NCBI GenBank assembly: GCA_965277285.1
Contig: OZ255721.1
Coordinates: 1,856,001 to 1,920,000, forward strand
Direction: 5' to 3'
Origin: Abditibacteriaceae bacterium
GTDB taxonomy: Bacteria > Armatimonadota > Abditibacteriia > Abditibacteriales > Abditibacteriaceae
Length of the DNA: 64,000 bases
Shown here: piece by piece, positions 19,348 to 30,303 of the stretch
How positions within the stretch are numbered: position 1 is the first letter of the stretch
Layout: each line of letters opens with the position of its first letter
Translations under genes and position numbers: made by a program
Notes under the pieces: generated by a model
Told to the model about the DNA's origin: nothing
Databases searched by the model: none
The model's input: the letters and a program-made list of their open reading frames with translations, nothing else

Positions 19348-21006
19348 ATGGCCACAGCCGCACAAAATATCGGAAGAAATACGGGATCGAGTACTCGAAA
19401 CGCACCACAGAACGCGCCCGCCTCTGGTGCGCCGCGCGACTTGGCGTCTTCGATTACGCCGACGTTGCGGCTCATTATCACGATTACGGTGATGGCGGCG
19501 ACGTTGATGGAAGTTTTGGACACCTCGATTGTCAACGTGGCACTGCCCGACATGATGGGCAACTTGGGCGCGACGCTGGACGAGATCGGCTGGGTTTCGA
19601 CGGGCTACATCATTTCCAACGTCATCGTTTTGCCGCTGACGGGCTGGCTGTCCGACTTTTTCGGGCGCAAGCGTTATCTGGCGTATTCGGTGATTTTGTT
19701 CACGCTGGCGTCGCTGGGTTGCGGATTGAGCCGCAGTTTGTGGCCACTCGTGTTCTGGCGCGTCATTCAAGGCGCGGGTGGCGCGGCGTTTTTATCGACT
19801 TCGCAGGCGACCTTGATGGAGATTTATCCGCCGCATCGCAGAGGTTTCGCGCAGGCAATGTTCGGCATTGGCGTCGTGATGGCGCCAACGCTGGGACCAA
19901 CCGTTGGCGGCCTGATTACCGATCATTATTCGTGGCCGTGGATTTTCTTTGTCAATATCCCGATTGGCATCATCGCAGCGATTTTGTGCTTTACTTTCGT
20001 TCCCGATTCGCCTGCAGCCGGAAAAAAGCGCCGCGCCGATTTCATGGGAATTGGCCTGCTGGCGATTGGTCTGGGATGCTTGCAAACGATTATGGAGCGC
20101 GGCGAGCGCGATGATTGGTTCCAGGCGAACTACATTGTGGCGCTGGCGTTCGCGTCCGCATTGGGAATGGCGACATTTATCTGGTGGCAATTGCATCCGA
20201 AAAACGAGCATCCCGCCGTCAATTTGCGAACGCTTAGCAATCGCAATCTGGCGGCGGGAACGTTGTTGGGTTTTGCGCTTGGGTTTGTGCTTTATGGCGG
20301 CGTTTTCATATTGCCGCAATTTTTGCAAACCGTGCAGCATCACACGGCTTCGCAAGCCGGACTTTTGTTGATGCCGGGCGGCATTGCGACCGCGTGCATG
20401 ATGCCGATTGTCGGACAGCTTTCCAACCGAATAGACAAACGATGGCTGATTGCGGCGGGCGCGGGCGTCTTCATCTGGTCGATGTTCATGTTCAATGCCC
20501 GCATGACTTTGACGATGCCGGATGAAGCGATGACTTTGCCTTTGATGTTGCGCGGAGCAGGAATGGGACTTCAGTTCGTGCCGATTTCCCTGCTGGCGCT
20601 GGGAACTTTGCCGCCGCGCGAAATGGCCGGAGGCGCCGGGCTTTACAACCTGTTCCGTCAGTTGGGCGGCTCGTTTGGCATCGCAATTTTGGCGACTTTG
20701 ATTGACCGCCGCTCACATTTTCACACCGAACGATTGAGCGAAAGCATCAGCGTCTACAGCCCGGCAACTCAACTGCGCTTGACGCAGATTCAGCAAGGCT
20801 TGATGATGCGCGGTTTTACGCCGATGGATGCACAAACTCGTTCTTACGCAATTTTGCAAGGGACGGTTCACAGCCAGGCGATGGTAATGACTTACGCCGA
20901 TATGTTCCGCATCATGGGTTATGTCGGGTTTGGCGCGCTGGCGTTATTGATGCTGTTCCAACGCGCCAAAAATGCACCGGGCGCGGCGGCGGCAGCGGCC
21001 CATTAA
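19348..21006 (+). CDS. emrB: DHA2 family MFS efflux transporter
   Basis: MEVLDTSIVNVALP, GWLSDFFGRKR, WPWIFFVNIPIG; about 14 transmembrane segments. Confidence 0.92.
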   Translation: MATAAQNIGRNTGSSTRNAPQNAPASGAPRDLASSITPTLRLIITITVMAATLMEVLDTSIVNVALPDMMGNLGATLDEIGWVSTGYIISNVIVLPLTGWLSDFFGRKRYLAYSVILFTLASLGCGLSRSLWPLVFWRVIQGAGGAAFLSTSQATLMEIYPPHRRGFAQAMFGIGVVMAPTLGPTVGGLITDHYSWPWIFFVNIPIGIIAAILCFTFVPDSPAAGKKRRADFMGIGLLAIGLGCLQTIMERGERDDWFQANYIVALAFASALGMATFIWWQLHPKNEHPAVNLRTLSNRNLAAGTLLGFALGFVLYGGVFILPQFLQTVQHHTASQAGLLLMPGGIATACMMPIVGQLSNRIDKRWLIAAGAGVFIWSMFMFNARMTLTMPDEAMTLPLMLRGAGMGLQFVPISLLALGTLPPREMAGGAGLYNLFRQLGGSFGIAILATLIDRRSHFHTERLSESISVYSPATQLRLTQIQQGLMMRGFTPMDAQTRSYAILQGTVHSQAMVMTYADMFRIMGYVGFGALALLMLFQRAKNAPGAAAAAAH

Positions 21007-21033
21007 AACGTAAATCGAGTACTCGATATGCGT

Positions 21034-21109
21034 TAACGAACCCTGAGCGTCAGCGACGGGTCTTGTAAAAATCAGATAAAGACCCGTCGCTGACGCTCAG
21101 GGTTCGTTA
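21034..21109. repeat. REP-like hairpin, family A
   Basis: 31-bp perfect inverted repeat TAACGAACCCTGAGCGTCAGCGACGGGTCTT. Confidence 0.9.
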
Positions 21110-21130
21110 GGTTGTCAGGAGAAATAGTTC

Positions 21131-24100
21131 ATGCAGAAATTAGCGGAAATTTGTATTCGGCGACCGATCTTCGCTTCGGTTTTGATTTTACTTTTGGTCG
21201 TCGTTGGACTGGTCGGCTACACGCGCCTGGGCGTTGATCGCTTTCCCGACATCGAGTTTCCGACTGTCATCGTGACAACGCTGTCACCGGGCAGCAGCCC
21301 CGAAGCGGTCGAAACTGAAATCACGGATAAAATCGAGGAAAATGTCAACACCATCAGCGGTATTGATACATTGAGTTCGGTTTCCAGCGAAGGCGTTTCG
21401 ACCGTTTCGGTGCAGTTCGTGCTCGAAAAAGACGCCAATGTCGCGGCGCAGGAAGTGCGCGACAAAGTCGATCTGGCGATGCCCTTGTTGCCCAAAGACA
21501 TTCAGACACCAACAGTCAGCCGCTTCAGCACCAGCGACGTTCCCGTGATGTCGCTCTCGTTATCGGCGAACGTTCCGTTGCGCGAATTGACCGAATACGC
21601 CGACAAAGTATTGCGACGTCGCATCGAAAGCACCGATGGCGTGGGCGATGTCACGATTATCGGAGGCCGCAAGCGTCAGATCAACATCTGGATTGACGCT
21701 TATAAGTTGCGTGCCTACAATCTGACTTCCAACGATGTCATCAAGGCGTTGCAGGCGCAAAACATCGAAATCCCCGGCGGACAAGTCGATCAGGGCGCGC
21801 GCTCGCTGACTTTGCGCACGCAGGGACGCTTGCATTCGATGCAGGATTTCAGCAACATCACGCTGACCAGCGCCAACAACAGCTCGGTTTTGTTGTCCGA
21901 TGTGGCGCGCGTGGAAGACGGCGCCGAAGAGCAGCTCAGCGGCTCGGAACTCAACGGCAAAGCGACAGTGCAACTTTCGATTCGCAAGCAGAGCGGTGAA
22001 AATACCATCGCGGTCGTCGATGGCGTTCGCGCCAAGCTTGTGGAAGCGGGTTATCTGGCGCCGACCGATCCCAAGTTGCTGAAGAATTTCAAAAGTTCGC
22101 TCCCCAACGGCTATCAGTTGCGCATTGTGCGCGACGAAACCGATTTCATCAAAGCGGCTGTCAATACGGTGAAAGAGCACCTTGTTGTCGGCGCGCTTTT
22201 GGCGGCGCTCGTCGTCTTCATCTTTTTGTGGAATTGGCGCTCGACCTTGATCGCGGCGGTTTCGATTCCGGCTTCGATTCTGGCGACCTTCGCCTTGATT
22301 TGGGCAGCGGGTTTCACGCTCAACCTGATCACTCTTTTAGCGTTGACTTTGGCTGTCGGCATCGTGATCGACGACGCGATTGTGGTTCTCGAAAACATTT
22401 ATCGCTTCATCGAAGAAAAAGGCATGAGTCCGTTTGAAGCGGCCATTGAAGGCACGCGCGAAATCGGCCTGGCAGTTTTAGCGACAACGTTGAGCTTGAT
22501 CGCGGTCTTTTTGCCGGTCGCTTTTATGAGCGGCATCGTCGGGCGCTTCATGTCGTCGTTTGGCCTGACGATGGCGTTTGCAATTGCGGTTTCGCTGCTG
22601 GTCGCGTTTACGCTCACGCCAACCATGAGCGCGCGCTTTCTCAAACATGAAGGACATGGCCATGACGAAGCACCCGCCGATGCTCAAGCTGTTGCGCCTT
22701 CAGACAATGGAACTGCAAACGTGACGACTGCGAACACTCCAATATCGAGTACTCGAAACGGCGCTGTAGCCGCTTCCAAGCCGCACGATGCGGCTAAAGA
22801 GCGCGGTTTTTACGCCTGGATTGATCGTCGTTACACGCGCGCTCTCGAATGGAGCATGGTGCATCGCTGGGTTGTCGTGTTGGCGTGTCTGGGCGCGCTG
22901 GTTTCGATTGTGCCGCTGGGCATTGCGGTTCCAAAGAACTTTCTGCCGCTGGATGATGAATCGCAGTTTGAAGTGGACGCGACAGCGCCCGAAGGCACCA
23001 GTTTCGTGGCGACGCAGAAATTGGGGCGCCAGTTGGTGAACGAAATCAGGAAGTTGCCCAACGTCGAATATACTTTGCTTTCCATTGGCGGCAATAGTTC
23101 GCAGGGCGGATCGCCAAACACGATCTCGGTCTATGCGCATATGCTTGCGTTGGAAAAACGAACCGATGCGGCGATGACGCAGGACGCTCTGGTGGAACGC
23201 ATTCGCACTCAGATTTTGCCCAAGTTCGCGGCCGATAACTTGCGTCCAATCGTTGGGCCGGTTTCCAGCTTTGGTGGCGGTGGACGTGCGGGCGCGACGA
23301 TTCAATACGTCATCGCGGGGCCGGATCTGGATAAGTTGACAACAATCTCGCAAAAGGCTTTGTCGCAGTTCCGCAAGATTCCGGGCGTTGTCGATGCCGA
23401 CACGAACCTCGTCGTTGGCAAGCCGGAATTGGAAGTGAAAGTTGATCGTCAGTTGGCGGCACAGTTGGGCGTCAATGTGAATGACATTGCTACGGCTTTG
23501 CGTTATTTAGTTGGTGGCGATCAAGTTTCCGATTATTACGATACCGGCGAGCAGTACGAAGTTCATGTTCGCGCTGAACAACCGTTTCGTGACAACGCGC
23601 AAAATATCGGTTTGCTGACGGTTCCCTCGAGTACTGTCGGCGCGGTTCCGCTCTCGCAGGTCGTGAGTTTCCTGCCAGGCAGCGGGCCTTCGGAAATCAA
23701 TCGTTATAACCGCCAGCGCCAGGTGACAATTTCAGCGAACGTTTTGCCGGGCGCGTCCGAATCGGATGTCACCAACAAGCTCGACCAAATCGTCAAAGGC
23801 ATGAACCTTCCACCAGCTTATACATCTAGCCTGGCCGGACGCTCGAAAGAACAAGGCAAAGCATTCATGGCGTTTCTGACGGCTTTTGGAATGTCACTGG
23901 TCTTCATGTACTTGATTTTGGCGGCGCAGTTTGAAAGCTGGCTGCATCCAATCACGATTTTGCTGTCGTTGCCGCTGACGATTCCCTTTGCGCTGTTTTC
24001 GCTTTTGGTGCTGGGACAATCGGTCAATATCTTTTCGATGCTGGGAATTTTAGTCTTGTTCGGCGTCGTGAAGAAGAACTCGATTTTGCAAATCGACCAC

Positions 24101-24508
24101 ACCAACAAACTGCGCGAAGCGGGCATGAATCGCCACGACGCGATTATCCAGGCAAACCGCGACCGCTTGCGCCCGATTTTGATGACGACGTTGGCGTTCG
24201 TGGCCGGCATGATTCCGCTCGTGATTTCGAGCGGAACTGGCGCGGGCACCAATCGCGCGGTCGGTTCGGTCGTCTTTGGCGGACAAACTTTGTCGCTGTT
24301 CCTGACTTTGCTGGCCACGCCGGTCGCGTATTCATTGTTCGATGACGCGGCGAATTATCATCCGATCACGCGCTCGCGCAACTTCGTCGGACGTTTTATT
24401 CCGGCGTTGCGCCCGGCACCCAAAGCGGCTTTGGCGCCGATGACAGCCACGCCGAACAATATGTCGAGCAGTCTGCCGAACAATGCGCGCGATGGGCGCA
24501 ATAATTAA
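21131..24508 (+). CDS. RND efflux permease (HAE1, AcrB/SwrC-like)
   Basis: [26 protein letters not shown] and RLRPILMT motifs. Confidence 0.95.
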   Translation: MQKLAEICIRRPIFASVLILLLVVVGLVGYTRLGVDRFPDIEFPTVIVTTLSPGSSPEAVETEITDKIEENVNTISGIDTLSSVSSEGVSTVSVQFVLEKDANVAAQEVRDKVDLAMPLLPKDIQTPTVSRFSTSDVPVMSLSLSANVPLRELTEYADKVLRRRIESTDGVGDVTIIGGRKRQINIWIDAYKLRAYNLTSNDVIKALQAQNIEIPGGQVDQGARSLTLRTQGRLHSMQDFSNITLTSANNSSVLLSDVARVEDGAEEQLSGSELNGKATVQLSIRKQSGENTIAVVDGVRAKLVEAGYLAPTDPKLLKNFKSSLPNGYQLRIVRDETDFIKAAVNTVKEHLVVGALLAALVVFIFLWNWRSTLIAAVSIPASILATFALIWAAGFTLNLITLLALTLAVGIVIDDAIVVLENIYRFIEEKGMSPFEAAIEGTREIGLAVLATTLSLIAVFLPVAFMSGIVGRFMSSFGLTMAFAIAVSLLVAFTLTPTMSARFLKHEGHGHDEAPADAQAVAPSDNGTANVTTANTPISSTRNGAVAASKPHDAAKERGFYAWIDRRYTRALEWSMVHRWVVVLACLGALVSIVPLGIAVPKNFLPLDDESQFEVDATAPEGTSFVATQKLGRQLVNEIRKLPNVEYTLLSIGGNSSQGGSPNTISVYAHMLALEKRTDAAMTQDALVERIRTQILPKFAADNLRPIVGPVSSFGGGGRAGATIQYVIAGPDLDKLTTISQKALSQFRKIPGVVDADTNLVVGKPELEVKVDRQLAAQLGVNVNDIATALRYLVGGDQVSDYYDTGEQYEVHVRAEQPFRDNAQNIGLLTVPSSTVGAVPLSQVVSFLPGSGPSEINRYNRQRQVTISANVLPGASESDVTNKLDQIVKGMNLPPAYTSSLAGRSKEQGKAFMAFLTAFGMSLVFMYLILAAQFESWLHPITILLSLPLTIPFALFSLLVLGQSVNIFSMLGILVLFGVVKKNSILQIDHTNKLREAGMNRHDAIIQANRDRLRPILMTTLAFVAGMIPLVISSGTGAGTNRAVGSVVFGGQTLSLFLTLLATPVAYSLFDDAANYHPITRSRNFVGRFIPALRPAPKAALAPMTATPNNMSSSLPNNARDGRNN

Positions 24509-24543
24509 CAAAGTCGCATTCCGAAGTCGAACAAAGGACGAAC

Positions 24544-26559
24544 ATGGAAAAAACTTTCGATCAACAAAATCAGCCGACGCAACACAACGTCGTGACGGAC
24601 GAGCGCACGGTTGAAGCGCGTCCGGTCGAGACCGTCGATGGCGTTCCACCGCGCATTTCGAGTACTCGAAATGAGATGCCGACGCCGGAGCCAATCCCGC
24701 CGCGCCGCAAAGGTTTCAACTGGATTCCTCTGGCGATTATCGCAGCACTTCTTATCGCCGGAGTGTTTTTAAAACGCCGCGCGAGCAAGACTCCAGCGGG
24801 TGGCGCTGGCGGGCCAAACGCGGCTGCCGCGCCTGCGCCGCCAACGGTGCGCGTGATTCCGGTAACGACAGGCAACATTGAGCAAACGTTGCAAGTGACG
24901 GGTGCCTTGAAAACCAACCAGAGCATTGATCTGGGTTCAAAGATCGCCGGTCGCGTGGCGCGCGTTTTTGTCAACGAAGGTGATCGCGTAACGCGCGGCG
25001 AGCTTTTGATTCAGCTCGACGACGCCGATTTGCGCGCTCAGGTCGCGCAGGCGCAAGCGGCGCTCGATCAGGCGAAGGTGCGCTACAATCAAGCGGTCGT
25101 TGGTTTGCCAGCGCGTGTTCAGGGCGTCAACACAGGTATCGTGCAAGCGCAAACCAACCTCAGTACAGCGCAGGCGCGCTTGCGTCAGGCGAGATTAAAT
25201 GAATCGCCGCGCATTACAAGCGCCAATTCGCAAGTGCAAACCGCCCAAGAAACGGTTCGCACGGCGCAAACGCGACTGGCGCAGGCGCGCGAAACAGCGC
25301 GTGAGACGGCGCAGCAAACCAACGCCGACATCGCGCGCGCTCAAGCAGCAGCGCAAGCGTCGCGCGCGGCTTTGGCCGATGTGATTCGCGGCGCACGCGT
25401 GCAACAAGTCGCGCAAGGCCAAGCGCAAGTCGCCGTCGCACAAGCCAATGCCGACAACGCGCAAACCGAACTTAATCGCCAGAAAATCTTGTTCGCGGGC
25501 GGTGCCACAGCACAAGCCTCGGTTGATACAGCGCAAACCGCCTACAATGTCGCTCAGGCGCAACTCGAAAATGCGCGCCAGGCTTTGTCATTAACACAAG
25601 AAGGCGCGACCAGCGCACAAGTCACGCAAGCGCGCGAAGCCGTTCGCCAGGCTGAAGCGGGCGTCGCCACAGCAGAAACTGGACGCAGTCGAGTACTCGT
25701 TGCGCAAGGCGAAATCACCAACGCGTTGGCCGCTTTGGGTCAGGCGCAAGCTGGATTGCAAACGGCAGAAGCGAACCTGGCGCAGATTCCCAGCGTGCTT
25801 GAAGACACGCGCGTGGCGCGCGAAGCAGTCGCACAGTCGCAATCGGGCTTGCAGCAAGCGGTTTCCAATCGTTCGCAAATTCCCTTGGCGCGCGAAGACA
25901 TCAACGCCGCGAAAGCCGCCGTCGAATCGGCGCAGGCGCAGTTGTTACAAACACAGGTCACCCTGGGCTACGCTCGCATTTATTCGCCGGTCAATGGCGT
26001 TGTCAATACCAAATTGACAAATGAAGGTCAGACCGCGGGACAGAACGCCGTGCTTTTGAACCTCGTTTCGCTGGATCGCGTGTATTTTGAAGCGCAGGTT
26101 TCGGAAAACAACATCGGGCAAATCAAAGCAGGTCAATCGGCGCAAATCAATGTCGCAGCGGTTTCAGACAAGCCTTTGACGGGCTACGTTTCCGATGTCA
26201 TCCCAACCGCCGATGTGCGAACGCGCCAGTTCCGCGTTCGTATCACGATTCCAAACGCACCGCGCACCTTGACGCCGGGCGCTTTCGCGCGCGCCACATT
26301 GAGTACTCAAAAGGTGAGTAATGCCCTGCTCGTTCCCGACCAGGCGATTATTCAAAGCAACGGCCAGAACACGTTGTTGCTGGCGACACCACAAGGTCAA
26401 AAAGCGCAGGTCAAGCGACGCATCGTACAAACTGGCATCAGCCAGGGCGGACAAACGCAGATCGTTGGCGGCGTGCGCTCCGGCGACCAGGTCATCATCG
26501 GCAATACCGACTTGGACGACGGCGATACCGTCCTCATCGCCAAAGGCAACGCGGAGTAA
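24544..26559 (+). CDS. RND periplasmic adaptor with very long coiled coil
   Basis: Transmembrane anchor, GRVARVFVNEGDRV lipoyl half, IYSPVNGVV, and TRQFRVR. Confidence 0.88.
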   Translation: MEKTFDQQNQPTQHNVVTDERTVEARPVETVDGVPPRISSTRNEMPTPEPIPPRRKGFNWIPLAIIAALLIAGVFLKRRASKTPAGGAGGPNAAAAPAPPTVRVIPVTTGNIEQTLQVTGALKTNQSIDLGSKIAGRVARVFVNEGDRVTRGELLIQLDDADLRAQVAQAQAALDQAKVRYNQAVVGLPARVQGVNTGIVQAQTNLSTAQARLRQARLNESPRITSANSQVQTAQETVRTAQTRLAQARETARETAQQTNADIARAQAAAQASRAALADVIRGARVQQVAQGQAQVAVAQANADNAQTELNRQKILFAGGATAQASVDTAQTAYNVAQAQLENARQALSLTQEGATSAQVTQAREAVRQAEAGVATAETGRSRVLVAQGEITNALAALGQAQAGLQTAEANLAQIPSVLEDTRVAREAVAQSQSGLQQAVSNRSQIPLAREDINAAKAAVESAQAQLLQTQVTLGYARIYSPVNGVVNTKLTNEGQTAGQNAVLLNLVSLDRVYFEAQVSENNIGQIKAGQSAQINVAAVSDKPLTGYVSDVIPTADVRTRQFRVRITIPNAPRTLTPGAFARATLSTQKVSNALLVPDQAIIQSNGQNTLLLATPQGQKAQVKRRIVQTGISQGGQTQIVGGVRSGDQVIIGNTDLDDGDTVLIAKGNAE

Positions 26560-26619
26560 AACACTTTGTCCGCAATTTTCACCTTCGCTGATCTGTAGTG
26601 AACGTTCATTTGCATCCAA

Positions 26620-26670
26620 ACAAAAAGTTCGCGGCCAGTGTTTGTAACGCACTTACCGCGAACTTTTTGT
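26620..26670. terminator. Hairpin downstream of the efflux operon
   Basis: ACAAAAAGTTCGCGG / CCGCGAACTTTTTGT. Confidence 0.55.
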
Positions 26671-26855
26671 TGTTCAAACGAAATCAATTTCTCGCCAATT
26701 GTCTTCATAGACCTATTAAAGATCAAGAAGTTACATTATCCATATTCATTTCGCGTCTAATTTCTTGTTTAACGACTATAGCTGATGTTTTCTTTTCTAT
26801 AGCGTGGCAAAACTCTATTTGCAGTTTTTGCTTCAAGCGCAAAAATCTCGAAGTC

Positions 26856-26894
26856 AAAAAAGCGCTGCGTAACTATCTACGCAGCGCTTCTTTT
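26856..26894. terminator. Intrinsic terminator
   Basis: AAGCGCTGCGTA / TACGCAGCGCTT stem flanked by A and T runs, just after the stop of 26907-28421. Confidence 0.7.
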
Positions 26895-26906
26895 CATTTC
26901 CTACCG

Positions 26907-28421
26907 TTAATTTCCATACTCGAACGCCAGGTCTGAGTTATCGACAGGAGCAACAGGCTGGCGATTGGCGTGCGATTCTGATTCTACTGAGGCACCGCTT
27001 GGTGCACCGCCGACAGTACCTGTCGAATTGGTGCCGTCCGAAGTTGTTCCAGTCGCCGCCGTATTATCCGTTGGTGTTGGATTGTTACCGTTGCTCGGGA
27101 TGTTTGCCGGGTTGGTATCGCTTGTGCTGGAAGTGTTTGCATTTCCTACCGGATTGTTATTCATTGTGCCAGCATCGCTGGTACCCGATGCTGTGGGCGT
27201 GCTGGTTGAACCTGTATTTGCGCCCGTCCCCGACGGCGTACTTGCGGTTGTATCGGTAGTTGTGCTCGCCGTGGTATCGGTTGTAGTCGTGGCTGTTGTG
27301 TCAGTCGCTGGAGTCGTGGCTGTCGCATCAGTTGCCGGAAGAGTCGGTACCGTCACTGTAGCATCAGTTGCGGGTGTTACACCAGCCGAGGTATCAAGCG
27401 GAGCAGATGCCGCTGGAAAGGTTTCGGCGGGCGGAGTTTCGACAACAGTCGAGATACCACCATATGGCATAGGAGCAGAAGCATTGCCATTCATGCCGTT
27501 CATCGCGCCCGCCGTGCCGAAAGTCACGCTTCCAGGCAAACGCGTCGAAGCGCCTCGAATTGGCGTGCCCGGCAAAACAACGCCCGTTTGTGTGGTCACT
27601 GGCGCTACTACAATCGGAGCTACTATGGTGGTTGGTTGCGTGCCCAATACCACTTCATTCTCAGTCGGGACACGCATAAATTCGCTGACAATACGGTTGA
27701 CAGACGTTGTAAGCGAGGAAGCGGCAGCGTCCGCCATATCACCGCCCGCCATCGCAAAAGGCACAGTCGTAGTAGCCGACAGGCTGCGCAAGACAGTTTG
27801 TCCATCCGACGAATACAGGCGACCTGTTAATTTCACGCTGAGCGAATTGCTTTCTGCCGTCATATTCTCCAGCACGAAAGACGAAATTAGCGCCGGTTCG
27901 ACAAAGGATTGTTGCGGCGCCTTGTTGAAAGTGAGCTTCGACAGGAAGACACTTGCGTTGGGCGTCGTCGGCTGATTCAACAAATTGTTCAAGTCATCCG
28001 AAGTCGCTACGCCATCCTGCACAGCGCGCATTAAAACGGGATTGAAGCGCCGCACTTCCAAGATCGCATAACGGCCTGTTCCCGCCAGAGCCTTGCGGAC
28101 GGTGACATTGCTCTGGCGCAAAAAAGCGGTTGTAAACTCGGGCGTCGCTTTCCAATTGTCGCCGGTGCGCACTGGCAACATCATCAAAATGCGGCGGTCG
28201 CGCATCGGCTGCAGCATCGCTTGCGATAAAGGCATTGGCTTCGGTGTGACAACTGTTGCTACAGCACGAGGCCTCGCCTGCGATACAGTTTGTCCTGCCA
28301 GCAACAACGCGGCGGCAGAGGCAAAAACGCCCAGCGTAGGAACAAACCCGCGCTGAAGAGCGCTTCCGACGCAGCGATAGCCGTAGCGCAACAAACGAGT
28401 ACTCGAATAAGTGTTTGCCAT
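26907..28421 (-). CDS. Secreted hypothetical protein with Thr-rich low-complexity tail
   Basis: Signal peptide, globular middle region and a T/S/G/N-rich C-terminus. GGA ribosome-binding site upstream. Confidence 0.75.
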   Translation of the reverse strand: MANTYSSTRLLRYGYRCVGSALQRGFVPTLGVFASAAALLLAGQTVSQARPRAVATVVTPKPMPLSQAMLQPMRDRRILMMLPVRTGDNWKATPEFTTAFLRQSNVTVRKALAGTGRYAILEVRRFNPVLMRAVQDGVATSDDLNNLLNQPTTPNASVFLSKLTFNKAPQQSFVEPALISSFVLENMTAESNSLSVKLTGRLYSSDGQTVLRSLSATTTVPFAMAGGDMADAAASSLTTSVNRIVSEFMRVPTENEVVLGTQPTTIVAPIVVAPVTTQTGVVLPGTPIRGASTRLPGSVTFGTAGAMNGMNGNASAPMPYGGISTVVETPPAETFPAASAPLDTSAGVTPATDATVTVPTLPATDATATTPATDTTATTTTDTTASTTTDTTASTPSGTGANTGSTSTPTASGTSDAGTMNNNPVGNANTSSTSDTNPANIPSNGNNPTPTDNTAATGTTSDGTNSTGTVGGAPSGASVESESHANRQPVAPVDNSDLAFEYGN

Positions 28422-28517
28422 GAAAAAAGTCCTTCCTGAACGGCGCTGTCAATGAACGACGCTAACAATGGCGCCCATTGCAACGTTTCAAATAGCTGCA
28501 AAGCAGAGTTCAATGTT

Positions 28518-29537
28518 TCAAGAACCCGAAGTGGTCTGATAAGTGCTGTCGTCATTGACATCACCCTGATTCGTGTTGCGCGAATTACGCTTGCGATTGT
28601 TTCGATTGCGACTGCTGCGGTTCCGATTTGCAGAAAAGCTCTGCACTGCGGGTTCTGTAAAGGGAATGCCCAGCGCGTAAATGCGTCGCGCTTTATCGCC
28701 AACGTGAATGCCGACCGCACCGCCACTGACCAGCAACGCAATCGATTGTGATGTATCGACACGAACGATAGTGACTTCCGCGACTTTGATGCGTTCGGTA
28801 ATGCGGCGCGCCGGATTGAAGTGATCGCGCAAAACCGAGTAGCGTTGCCCGGTGCGCACGCCGTCGCGCGAACCACGATTGAACTGAAACTCGTTACCGA
28901 TATTGGTCGTGACAGTCGCTTCCGCAGGCACATACAATCGCATCTGGCGCACCGAAGTATAAGCGGCCTTGTCCAGCGACTGATCCATCAAAACGTCGTC
29001 GTCCAATTCCTGAAATTGGTCGATTGTGACTTCGCTGGGCTGCGCTCCATTGATAAAATCGCCCGTCGCGACATCCATCTGGCGAAGTTCCATTTGCACG
29101 CGCGCTACGCGCACATTGCTGGCGTTGCGCGTAATCGTCGCCGCGACAATACGCCCTGTAATGACCACGTTCGATCCGGCGACTTCTCCCAGACGGCGCG
29201 CCGTCGATGGCGTGTAAGGCGCGTGCAAACCAGGAATGGTTTCCACCAGTTCCTCAACGCGCTGGCGAGCCACCACATCGAAATCGCCTGATGTCTTCAT
29301 TTCAACCGCAACGGCGTCCGCAGCCTTGCGCCCCAGAACCGCATCAAGACCGGCAGGAACATCAAAGTCGAGAACAACCGCCGACTGAACCGCTGTGGGA
29401 ACCGCGGCCTGCGCGTGCACCGGCGTGCCGCTGCCCGAAACCAGCACGAGCGCCGCCGGAAAAATCACGGTCACAGCCAGTGAAGCGTTCATCAGCGTCA
29501 GGTTGCGCGCAAAACAACGGGAAGAGCGACGAAGCAT
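28518..29537 (-). CDS. CsgG/FlgT-like secreted protein
   Basis: VVLDF, ARRLGEV..VITGRI, MDVATG (CsgG/TolB-N-like fold) and NRGSRDGVRTG (FlgT C-terminal-like). Confidence 0.6.
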   Translation of the reverse strand: MLRRSSRCFARNLTLMNASLAVTVIFPAALVLVSGSGTPVHAQAAVPTAVQSAVVLDFDVPAGLDAVLGRKAADAVAVEMKTSGDFDVVARQRVEELVETIPGLHAPYTPSTARRLGEVAGSNVVITGRIVAATITRNASNVRVARVQMELRQMDVATGDFINGAQPSEVTIDQFQELDDDVLMDQSLDKAAYTSVRQMRLYVPAEATVTTNIGNEFQFNRGSRDGVRTGQRYSVLRDHFNPARRITERIKVAEVTIVRVDTSQSIALLVSGGAVGIHVGDKARRIYALGIPFTEPAVQSFSANRNRSSRNRNNRKRNSRNTNQGDVNDDSTYQTTSGS

Positions 29538-29742
29538 AAAAGTTCCTTTTAACAAGAGCGGCTCCAACAAAAGCGGCTTCATATCTATACACACCATGCA
29601 GAAAATCAGGCTGAAAGTGTTTCTATTTTATTAGAAGCTATCCTCGCCTGCAAGCGTCGTTTTGGACAATCGTAGTAACGCCTCGCCTGAACCGAAACGT
29701 CAATTCAAAATTGCGTTCAATTCGGCTTTTACAACGTGGTTT

Positions 29743-30204
29743 TTACGATGCATTTTTTTCATTGCGCGCATCTTGCAATTTGGCGAATTGTTCCAGTTTG
29801 CGCACCGTCGAAAGACTGGCGCGACGCCGATCCAATGCCTGCTCGACTTTGATGCAGATCAATTCAAAGACATCGACGCCCGGAATGTTCTTTTCCACAT
29901 AATCGAAGGCGCCCATTTTCATGCACTCGACGGCGTTCGCCACATTTCCGTAAGCCGTCAAAATTACGACTTCGGTGAAGACATCGCGCGCCAAAGTCGC
30001 CTTCAAAACCTCGACGCCCGAATTCGGCGATTCCATCAGCATATCGGTCAAAACGACATCGAAAGGCACGTCAGCTTTCTCAATCGCTTCAATCGCTTCG
30101 GCCTGCGACGCCGCGACTTGCGCGATATGACCTTCGCGCAACATACGGCGTTGCAGCGACAAGCGCACATCATCTTCATCATCCACCACTAAAATTTTAC
30201 CCAT
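29743..30204 (-). CDS. Response regulator receiver protein
   Basis: KILVVDDE, LTDMLM, LTAYG and GAFDYVEK. No output domain. Confidence 0.92.
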   Translation of the reverse strand: MGKILVVDDEDDVRLSLQRRMLREGHIAQVAASQAEAIEAIEKADVPFDVVLTDMLMESPNSGVEVLKATLARDVFTEVVILTAYGNVANAVECMKMGAFDYVEKNIPGVDVFELICIKVEQALDRRRASLSTVRKLEQFAKLQDARNEKNAS

Positions 30205-30252
30205 ACATTTTTGTTTCTCGGTTGAAATCAAAGGCCCTGAGATCAAGCGCGC

Positions 30253-30296
30253 CATTCGAGTACTCGATTCACATACTCGAATCGAGTACTCGAATG
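30253..30296. repeat. Hairpin whose two arms each contain the TCGAGTACTCGA motif
   Basis: CATTCGAGTACTCGATTC-acatactc-GAATCGAGTACTCGAATG: 18-bp stem, 8-nt loop. Confidence 0.85.
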
Positions 30297-30303
30297 CAGC
30301 ACT

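Noticed and set aside
26560..26900. AT-rich intergenic stretch as a small gene or origin
   Set aside because: No credible ORF and no DnaA-box cluster. It contains two terminator-like hairpins between convergent genes.
26965..27975. Long plus-strand Val/Ala-rich ORF
   Set aside because: Antisense shadow of the Thr-rich tail of 26907-28421.
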